Assembly (NCBI RefSeq): GCF_000019605.1
Contig: NC_010482.1
Location: 270,001 to 302,000 of the forward strand
Direction of reading: 5' to 3'
From: Candidatus Korarchaeum cryptofilum OPF8
Lineage (GTDB): Archaea > Korarchaeota > Korarchaeia > Korarchaeales > Korarchaeaceae
DNA: 32,000 bases
Below, in pieces: positions 25,666 to 32,000 of this stretch (positions are counted from its first letter, which is position 1; every line of letters begins with the position of its first letter). The notes beneath the pieces are model-generated. The model saw only the letters and a program-made list of their open reading frames with translations, was not told the DNA's origin and searched no databases. The position numbers and the translations under genes were made by a program.

Positions 25666-25675
25666 TTTTTAAAAA
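25666..25675. promoter_or_regulatory. Perfectly palindromic TATA-like element TTTTTAAAAA between divergent genes
   Basis: It lies 20 nt from the M20 ATG (25646) and 10 nt from the aldo/keto reductase ATG (25685), or 28 nt from the in-frame TTG at 25703. Confidence 0.4.
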
Positions 25676-25684
25676 GTTCTTGAG

Positions 25685-26599
25685 ATGGGGCCCGGGGGGA
25701 ACTTGAAGTACGAGAGATTGGGCAGGACTAATATCAAGGTATCTAAAATAGGCTTGGGGACCTGGCAATTCGGATCTAGTTACTGGGGATGGGGGAAGGA
25801 GCTGGATGAGGATGGAGCGATAAAGATAATTAGAAGAGCTATTGAGCTCGGTATAAACTTCATAGATACTGCGGAGATGTACGGGAATGGGAGATCCGAG
25901 GAGATAATAGGGAAGGCACTGAAGGGTCTGGATAGGGATGAGGTAGTGCTCGCCACCAAAGTGTTCCCTTACCCCTGGAGGCTGACCCCTCATCAGGTGG
26001 TGAAAGCCCTCAGGGGGAGCATGAGGAGGCTGGGCGTGAGCAGGATAGACTTATACCAGATCCACTGGCCCAGCCCGATATTCCCGCTCAAAGGAGCCCT
26101 AAAGGCCCTGGAGGGGGAGGTGGAGGAGGGGAGGATAGGTAGCATAGGAGTGAGCAACTTCTCCGTCAAACAACTGGAGAGGGCCAGGAGTTACTTGAGC
26201 AAAGTCGATATAGCCTCTAACCAGATAGAGTACAATCTCCTCAAGAGGGGAGCTGAGATGGATGTGATACCTTACTGCCTCAGGGAGGGGTTGAGCGTGA
26301 TAGCCTACAGCCCCCTGGCCCAGGGGCTCTTAACGGGGAAGTACGGGCCCGGGAGGGGCCCCTCAAATCTGAAGAGGAGGATATTCCTGGCCCTATCTTA
26401 CGGTAAGATAGATTGGGATGTGGTAGAGAGGCTGAAGGAGAGGGCTGAGGAGATGGGACTGACGCCGGCCCAATTAGCTATAGCTTGGGTCATAAGGAAG
26501 GAGGGGGTTTTAGCTATACCCGGAGCTAAGAGCTTAGAACAGCTCGAGAGCAACTTCTCAGCATCTAAAGTGAATCTGGATCCATCGATGGAGATCTGA
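25685..26599 (+). CDS. Aldo/keto reductase
   Basis: YERLGRTNIKVSKIGLGTWQFG N-terminal block, DTAEMYG, IDLYQIHWP, GVSNF. The true start may be the TTG at 25703, giving MKYERLG. Confidence 0.9.
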   Translation: MGPGGNLKYERLGRTNIKVSKIGLGTWQFGSSYWGWGKELDEDGAIKIIRRAIELGINFIDTAEMYGNGRSEEIIGKALKGLDRDEVVLATKVFPYPWRLTPHQVVKALRGSMRRLGVSRIDLYQIHWPSPIFPLKGALKALEGEVEEGRIGSIGVSNFSVKQLERARSYLSKVDIASNQIEYNLLKRGAEMDVIPYCLREGLSVIAYSPLAQGLLTGKYGPGRGPSNLKRRIFLALSYGKIDWDVVERLKERAEEMGLTPAQLAIAWVIRKEGVLAIPGAKSLEQLESNFSASKVNLDPSMEI

Positions 26600-26631
26600 C
26601 ATCCTTTTAAGATCCACCGCTATGATGCTTT

Positions 26632-27213
26632 ATGAAGATCCTAGCCGGCATAGTATCCCTCTCGATAGCCCTGATGACCATAGCCCTCTGCTGGGCCCTC
26701 AACCCATGGTTCGACTTCTGGAAGGATGCTTTCAGCGATTTCGGGGTTGAGAAAGCTAGATTTCCGTGGCTCTACAACGGGGGCCTCATCCTCTCTTCCA
26801 TATTCCTCATGCTGTACTCCATAGGCATTTATGAGGCCTCCTCCCACAAGCTCGAGGCCCTCTCCTCGGGGCTCCTGATTACGGCATCCATCTTCCTAGC
26901 CTTAATAGGCCTCTTCCCAGGGGGCACGGAGCCCCACAATTTCGTATCCACATGGTTCTTCTTACAATCCTTCTTCGGATTTTCAGTTCTGGGAATCGTT
27001 ATCTCACTGAAGGGAGATAAGATAAGGGGACTATTGATATCGATTCCCTCCGCTCTCTCCCCAATAGTAGCTCTAGCTATCGATCTCACTTCAGGTTGGC
27101 CATCCGCAGCTGTAGCTGAAGCCTCCGGTATATCGGTGCTAGCTCTCTCCCTATTCTCCTCGATCAGCCACTACTTGGGGAGAAGAAAGCGCCCATCTTC
27201 GGAGGCCCCTTGA
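26632..27213 (+). CDS. Integral membrane protein (5-6 TM segments, DUF998-like from memory)
   Basis: Hydrophobic throughout. A CCTTTTAAGAT box lies ~25 nt upstream. The family assignment is weak. Confidence 0.6.
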   Translation: MKILAGIVSLSIALMTIALCWALNPWFDFWKDAFSDFGVEKARFPWLYNGGLILSSIFLMLYSIGIYEASSHKLEALSSGLLITASIFLALIGLFPGGTEPHNFVSTWFFLQSFFGFSVLGIVISLKGDKIRGLLISIPSALSPIVALAIDLTSGWPSAAVAEASGISVLALSLFSSISHYLGRRKRPSSEAP

Positions 27214-27589
27214 TAATGCTCTCCATAAGGCATGCTCCCCAGACAGTTTCGATACCAGCTTCCTCGCACATCTTTATAGCTTCCTCATCCTCGGATCCGG
27301 GTTGGAACCAGATACGCCTCACTCCCACTTCTATAGCTTCCTTCACTATCTCCCTAGCTACATTAGGCGGGACCACTATATCGACGACATCGGGCACCTC
27401 GGGGAGGCTCCTCAAGTTCGGATAAACCTTATCCCCATCTATCTCCTCCACAGCTGGGTTTATGGGATATACCTTCCTGTACTTCCCCTTGAAGAACTTA
27501 TAGAGCTTGTAACCCCACTTCTCCGGGTTCCTAGATACTCCGACGACTGCTACAACGTTATCACTCCTCATGAAATCCTCGATGCCCAT
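27164..27589 (-). CDS. CoA-binding domain protein (YccU/CoA_binding_2-like)
   Basis: VAVVGVSRNPEKWGYK...YPINP...VDIVVPP...RIWFQPGSE. I chose the ATG at 27589 (MGIEDFMRS). The track start at 27715 adds 42 residues that do not look native and overlaps the divergent gene. Confidence 0.85.
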   Translation of the reverse strand: MGIEDFMRSDNVVAVVGVSRNPEKWGYKLYKFFKGKYRKVYPINPAVEEIDGDKVYPNLRSLPEVPDVVDIVVPPNVAREIVKEAIEVGVRRIWFQPGSEDEEAIKMCEEAGIETVWGACLMESIIKGPPKMGAFFSPSSG

Positions 27590-27698
27590 AAGGATCCCTG
27601 GCTCCACCCGCTTATTTACTTTTCTCGCATTATACTGAGTGACCAATGCTAATTCGGTGATCAGAGAAGACTTATAATCAGATCCCTTATTTTGATGT

Positions 27699-28445
27699 AT
27701 GCTCAAGATCTCCAAGCACGAGTTAGCTAAGAGGCCATATCATATCCTCGCGAAACCGGGGGATGTTGCTGAACGTATAGTAGCTGTCGGAGACCCTAAG
27801 AGGGCTGATTTGATATCGGAGGAACTTATCGAGGATGCTAAGCTAGTTAACAGTAACAGGGGCTTCAATACTTACACGGGCCTCTTCGAGGGCACTAGAG
27901 TTACTGTAGCTACGCACGGTATAGGTGGACCTTCAGCAGCTATAGCGGTTGAGGAACTGGGGATGCTCGGAGGTAAGCTCATACTGAGGCTCGGGACCTC
28001 AGGAGGGCTAGTGGAGGATCTCAAGGTCGGGGACGTAGTTGTAGCTCTAGGGGCTTCTCACTCCCCCGGGGGTACTGTGGGCATGTACGCACCCAACTTA
28101 TGCTATCCAGCTGTCGCTGATCCGGAAGCGACTCTGGAGCTTAAGAAAGCCTTGATCGATGAGGGATTCAATGTTAAAATGGGGTTAGTAGCTTCTAGCG
28201 ATTCCTTCCATGCAGAGGAATCTAACCTGCCTCTATGGAGCTCCCTAGGGATGATAGCCGTCGAGATGGAGTGCGCCACGATATTCACGGTAGCTAGGCT
28301 CAGGGGGATGAGGGCAGGAGCGGCTCTGCTGGTGATCGATAATTTAGCCACGGGCGAGTTTCTAGAGGATAAGGAGGAGAGGAGGGAGCTGGAGCTGAAG
28401 GCCGCTAAAGGGGTCCTGAGAGCTCTAGTCAGGATCCCCCTCTGA
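27699..28445 (+). CDS. Nucleoside phosphorylase, PNP/UDP-1 family (purine, uridine or MTA phosphorylase)
   Basis: GDPKRADLI, THGIGGPSAAIAVEEL, RLGTSGG and EMECATIF blocks. A TTATAAT box lies ~22 nt upstream. Confidence 0.88.
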   Translation: MLKISKHELAKRPYHILAKPGDVAERIVAVGDPKRADLISEELIEDAKLVNSNRGFNTYTGLFEGTRVTVATHGIGGPSAAIAVEELGMLGGKLILRLGTSGGLVEDLKVGDVVVALGASHSPGGTVGMYAPNLCYPAVADPEATLELKKALIDEGFNVKMGLVASSDSFHAEESNLPLWSSLGMIAVEMECATIFTVARLRGMRAGAALLVIDNLATGEFLEDKEERRELELKAAKGVLRALVRIPL

Positions 28446-28473
28446 TTTTTATTTACTGAAATCTCATTAGCTC

Positions 28474-29292
28474 ATGCTGTTCGGCATCCCCAGATCTGAG
28501 GATCCTAAGCTCTGCGTCCTCGGGATAAGGTGGGATGGATCATCTTCTTACAGGAGGGGCTCCTCTAAGGCTCCGGGATTCATAAGGGAAGCCACATCCG
28601 AGGAAATTTACAATAGCTTCAGCGAGGATCTGGTGAACTTAGCTGAGGCCTGGAGCTATTTTGATCTGGGCGATATCGAGGGTGAGAGCTTCGAGGACAT
28701 AGTCAGAGCTGTTGAGGAGAGAGTGGGCAGCATCTACAGGGGCCAGAAGTTCCTCTTCCTGGGGGGAGACCACTCAATAACTTACGCTACATTCAGGGGA
28801 TTGAAGAGAGCTTCTGGTGAGAAATTCGGGCTTATATACTTCGATGCTCATCCGGATTGTTATGAAATTTACGATGGAAACAGATATTCTCATGCATGCA
28901 CCGTGAGGAGGCTCCTGGAGGAGGGCTACGTTGATGATGTAGTGATGGTAGGGATAAGGGCTGCGACGAAGCAGCAGATGGAGTTCGCTGAGGAGAGGGG
29001 GATAAGGATATTCTCAGTCGATGATTTAGATGATTTCGATGCCCGCATGGAGAGGGCTTACATATCCTTCGATATCGATGTCCTAGACCCCGCATTCGCC
29101 CCCGGATCCAGCAACCCGGAGCCGGGTGGTTTGAGCACGAGGGAGCTGATAAGGGCGATAAAGAAGCTTGATCTCGACCTAGTTGCCTTCGATATAGTTG
29201 AGGTAAATCCTGAATTCGATCACTCTGGGATAACTTGCTTCGCTGCAGCTAAGATCATAAGGGAGGTGCTGGGTAAGTTCGCTGAGCTATGA
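28474..29292 (+). CDS. speB: Agmatinase (ureohydrolase/arginase family)
   Basis: GGDHSITY, DAHPD, SFDIDVLDP and EVNP metal-site blocks. 272 aa. Confidence 0.88.
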   Translation: MLFGIPRSEDPKLCVLGIRWDGSSSYRRGSSKAPGFIREATSEEIYNSFSEDLVNLAEAWSYFDLGDIEGESFEDIVRAVEERVGSIYRGQKFLFLGGDHSITYATFRGLKRASGEKFGLIYFDAHPDCYEIYDGNRYSHACTVRRLLEEGYVDDVVMVGIRAATKQQMEFAEERGIRIFSVDDLDDFDARMERAYISFDIDVLDPAFAPGSSNPEPGGLSTRELIRAIKKLDLDLVAFDIVEVNPEFDHSGITCFAAAKIIREVLGKFAEL

Positions 29293-29302
29293 ATCATGGA
29301 AA

Positions 29303-30199
29303 TCAATCCTCGAACTTCCATTCCCTCATCTCAGATTCATCGACAGGATATAGTTCGTAAAGCTCCTTTCTTTTAGCTTCAAGCATCTCTAGTGGCTTGT
29401 CAACGAGCTCATTCGATGTAATTACCTTTTTCTTAACCTCCCTCCCCTTATTAAGCACGCTCTCAATCCTCTTGCTCCACTCCAAATCCCTCAGGAGGTG
29501 ATGATCTATGACTAATGTTTCCACGGCATCGAGGATTGAGGAGAGGTTCCTTATTGATGCATCCAAGCTAGCTCTCGAGTACCTGTAGCCCAGCATGTAA
29601 GTCATGGGGCCATCCACCATCACTACCTTCGGCTTCTTCTCCAATACGAATCGAGCTTGGTCATCCAGAGATGGCCCCTCCACGTCGCTAGTGAATAGGA
29701 AGCTATCTTCCCCCTCCCTTATGAAGACCTCAATCACGTAGCCCAGCTTACTGTTGGTACCGTGGAACACGGGCTCGGAGAACTCTATGATAGTATCGCC
29801 CTCCCTGAATGACCTCCCATCCGCTATCTCGACATTGGCTATTCCCTCAATCTGCTTGAGGAAGAAGGAGGCCCTCCCCCTCTGGCTCTGATTTATGTTC
29901 CTCTTCGGGTCCTTAACGAGCACTCTCTTGCCCTCATATATCTCGAGCCCCTCCCAGGGGTTGTGGTGATCGTAATGGTAATGGGTCACGATCAGTAGGT
30001 CAGCTTTATGAGCTTGCCTCACTATCTCCCTCCAGTGAGCTTCCATCCTCTCCCACTCCTTGGGGTGAGGTGGCAGCCCGTATCTACTGGGCCCCAGGGC
30101 TACACCTGGATCTATCATTATCCTGAGGTCCTTCGTCTCCACAAAAGTAGCCATGCTCCTCGCTCCCATAGAATCGGAGCTAAGGGGGAGTATCCTCAT
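29303..30199 (-). CDS. Metallo-beta-lactamase-fold hydrolase (archaeal UPF0282-like)
   Basis: THYHYDHH motif and N-terminus MRILPLSSDSMGARSMATFVE. GGAGGTGA sits directly upstream of the ATG. Confidence 0.85.
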   Translation of the reverse strand: MRILPLSSDSMGARSMATFVETKDLRIMIDPGVALGPSRYGLPPHPKEWERMEAHWREIVRQAHKADLLIVTHYHYDHHNPWEGLEIYEGKRVLVKDPKRNINQSQRGRASFFLKQIEGIANVEIADGRSFREGDTIIEFSEPVFHGTNSKLGYVIEVFIREGEDSFLFTSDVEGPSLDDQARFVLEKKPKVVMVDGPMTYMLGYRYSRASLDASIRNLSSILDAVETLVIDHHLLRDLEWSKRIESVLNKGREVKKKVITSNELVDKPLEMLEAKRKELYELYPVDESEMREWKFED

Positions 30200-30298
30200 C
30201 CGATCACCTCCTCGAGCAAGCTGCAGAGCTTATTAAACATCTCGGGATCATCGGAAAGACTTTTAAGTAAAAATTTTTGCAGTCATGCTAGTGATATC

Positions 30299-31342
30299 AT
30301 GGAGAGGAAGCTCGGCCTCATCGAGAAGTACCTCACGATCTGGATCTTCCTGGCTATGATCTTCGGCATCGCCCTGGGCTACTTCTACCCCGGGATTTCG
30401 ATCATGCTAGCCGGTATGAGCGTGGGCACGACCTCCATTCCCATAGCCGCTGGGCTGATTTTGATGATGTACCCGCCGCTAGCTAAAGTCAGGTACGAGG
30501 AGATGGGAAAAATTTTCAAAAATTTGAAGCTATTATCCTTTTCTTTAGCCCAGAACTGGATCTTCGGTCCTATAGTCATGTTCCTTCTGGCAATAACGCT
30601 CCTACGTGACCTTCCAGCTTTCATGATGGGAGTGATACTCGTCGGTCTCGCTAGGTGCATCGCGATGGTGATAGTCTGGAATGAACTAGCTGAGGGGGAT
30701 AGGGAGCTAGCTGTAGGACTCGTGGCCTTCAATGCGATCTTCCAGATATTATTTTACGCTGTCTACATATATATCTTCATAACCCTAGCTTTAACTGGCC
30801 TGGGACTGGCTCAGGGGGTTGAGGTAAACGTCAGCATTCTGGATGCAGCTAAGACAGTCTTCATCTACTTAGGGATACCTTTCATAGCTGGTGTACTGAC
30901 TAGATACCTGAGCTTCGCGTTGAAAGGGAGGGATTGGTTCGAGAGGAATTTGGTCCCTAAGATAAGTCCGATAACTCCGGCAGCGCTCCTCTTCACCATA
31001 GTGGTGATGTTCTCCTTGAAGGGGGAGTACATAGTGGAGCTGCCCTACAACGTACTGAGGGTAGCTTTGCCCCTCGCCCTCTACTTCATGATAATGTGGT
31101 TCCTGACATTCTTCATAGCTTACAAGCTGGGAATAGATTATCCTAAAGCGACGGCAGTCTCATTCACAGCAGCCAGTAATGATTTTGAACTAGCGATAGC
31201 CGTTGCAATAGCGATATGGGGGATAAATAGCGATCAAGCTTTCGCGACCGTCATAGGACCGCTGATAGAGGTGCCCGTGCTCATAAGCTTAGTAAATGTG
31301 GCTTTAAGGTTCAGGGAGAAACTATATGGGATCAAATCCTGA
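30299..31342 (+). CDS. acr3: ACR3 family arsenite efflux carrier
   Basis: N-terminus MERKLGLIEKYLTIWIF, then LILMMYPPLAKV, GLARCIAMV, NDFELAIAVAI. Start set at the ATG at 30299 (TTTTAAGTAAAAATTTTT upstream). The track start at 30008 is antisense to the MBL gene. Confidence 0.9.
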   Translation: MERKLGLIEKYLTIWIFLAMIFGIALGYFYPGISIMLAGMSVGTTSIPIAAGLILMMYPPLAKVRYEEMGKIFKNLKLLSFSLAQNWIFGPIVMFLLAITLLRDLPAFMMGVILVGLARCIAMVIVWNELAEGDRELAVGLVAFNAIFQILFYAVYIYIFITLALTGLGLAQGVEVNVSILDAAKTVFIYLGIPFIAGVLTRYLSFALKGRDWFERNLVPKISPITPAALLFTIVVMFSLKGEYIVELPYNVLRVALPLALYFMIMWFLTFFIAYKLGIDYPKATAVSFTAASNDFELAIAVAIAIWGINSDQAFATVIGPLIEVPVLISLVNVALRFREKLYGIKS

Positions 31343-31348
31343 TATTTT

Positions 31349-31999
31349 TTAATGAGGAATTATGAAGAGAGCGATATATATGGCTCCCATCAGGTAAGAT
31401 GCTGCCACCAATAGCTTATCCTTCTTAGATAACTTGAGCTCCCTGTACCACGTGTGACACCTCTCCTCCCCGAAGCCCCTGAGCTCCATGGAGTCAGCTA
31501 TATCATAAATTGAGAGCGTCGCTGAGATCGTGACAGGGACTACGAGCGGTATTATTGAGATTAGCTTAGCTATGGGGTTCCTCCCACCCCTCGGCCTGAA
31601 GCCCCTAGCCATCTGAGCCTCGAGCGTTTTGTTCATCTCAGCTATGAACTCCGGTATGTACCTGAGGGCCAGCTGTATTATGTAAGCAGCTTTGTAAGGT
31701 ACCCCCATCTGCCCCAAAGCTGGGGCGTATAGATTGGGCGGTGTCGTGAATACTAGAGTCGCGGTAGCTAGGGCTAGGGAGAGCAGCTTCAACACGGGAG
31801 TGAGGGCCCTCTTCACCACCTCCGGGGAGGTGAGGGTCTCGATGAGGGGGCCCTTCGCGTATAGGAGCACTATAGTGGTGTAATTAAGGAGGGAGAGGAA
31901 GAGTATTATCAGGAGGATGAACTTCCAAGTGGCCCTAGTCTTGCTCCAGGGGAGTCTGGCTAGGGAGTAGAAGGCCAGAGATATCAATAGGAGCGGAAT
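31349..31999 (-). CDS. EcfT/CbiQ-type transporter transmembrane component; 5' end runs off the window
   Basis: The LALRYIPEFIAEMNKTLEAQMARGF signature region. The frame stays open to the window edge upstream of the TTG at 31987. Confidence 0.8.
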   Translation of the reverse strand: MPLLLISLAFYSLARLPWSKTRATWKFILLIILFLSLLNYTTIVLLYAKGPLIETLTSPEVVKRALTPVLKLLSLALATATLVFTTPPNLYAPALGQMGVPYKAAYIIQLALRYIPEFIAEMNKTLEAQMARGFRPRGGRNPIAKLISIIPLVVPVTISATLSIYDIADSMELRGFGEERCHTWYRELKLSKKDKLLVAASYLMGAIYIALFIIPH

Positions 32000-32000
32000 T

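Noticed and set aside
25658-25993. 111-aa minus-strand ORF
   Set aside because: It is antisense to the aldo/keto reductase gene and has no motif.
27590-27715. N-terminal extension of the CoA-binding ORF
   Set aside because: It overlaps the divergent nucleoside phosphorylase start and promoter. The family domain begins right after the ATG at 27589.
30008-30298. 97-residue N-terminal extension of the ACR3 ORF
   Set aside because: It is antisense to the MBL-fold gene and Pro/Ser/His-rich. The ACR3 family N-terminus begins at MERKLGLIEKY, with a TATA-like box upstream of 30299.
1-32000. CRISPR arrays, rRNA and tRNA genes
   Set aside because: I saw no regularly spaced direct repeats and no rRNA- or tRNA-like conserved strings on a by-eye scan of either strand. 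This is not a substitute for tRNAscan, Infernal or CRISPR finders.

Overview
This 32-kb window looks like an archaeal chromosomal segment, probably from a thermophile. Supporting signs are AGG/AGA Arg and ATA Ile codon bias, AT-rich TATA-like boxes about 20-30 nt upstream of many start codons (suggesting largely leaderless mRNAs), and an archaeal gene set. A Korarchaeum- or Thermoproteota-like origin is only a guess. I ran no database search. All family names come from motifs read in the supplied translations.

Layout:
- 15-9032 (+): a three-gene, translationally coupled operon. It encodes a small membrane-anchored protein, a 2546-aa multi-domain, sequon-rich surface protein, and a membrane protein with a C-terminal winged-helix-like domain.
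- 9055-17931: an accessory-looking stretch. It holds an M32 carboxypeptidase, an SPL-like radical SAM protein, a membrane-anchored single-HKD PLD-family nuclease, and a 0.54-kb gene-free gap with possible gene debris. It also holds two tandem 212-aa paralogs (coiled coil plus PD-(D/E)xK-like C-terminus) and class III ribonucleotide reductase nrdD.
- The nrdD partner activase nrdG is decapitated by a ~1.5-kb TnpB-only IS200/IS605-type element bounded by identical 18-nt hairpin repeats. The element carries a frameshifted tnpB, a likely omega-RNA region, and an unannotated 47-aa ribbon-helix-helix-like ORF that overlaps the tnpB start.
- 17960-32000: mostly housekeeping. Genes are tungsten-type aldehyde:ferredoxin oxidoreductase plus polyferredoxin, a TauE-like exporter, a transglutaminase-like protein, ATP-dependent DNA ligase and an M20 hydrolase. 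They are followed by an aldo/keto reductase, a CoA-binding protein, a nucleoside phosphorylase, agmatinase, an MBL-fold protein, an ACR3 arsenite carrier and a partial EcfT/CbiQ.

I saw no rRNA, tRNA or CRISPR array.

The items most worth follow-up are the IS/nrdDG junction with its RHH passenger ORF, the tandem nuclease-fold paralogs, the 23-bp perfect palindrome on the nrdD start, and the unusual C-terminal architecture of the giant surface protein.
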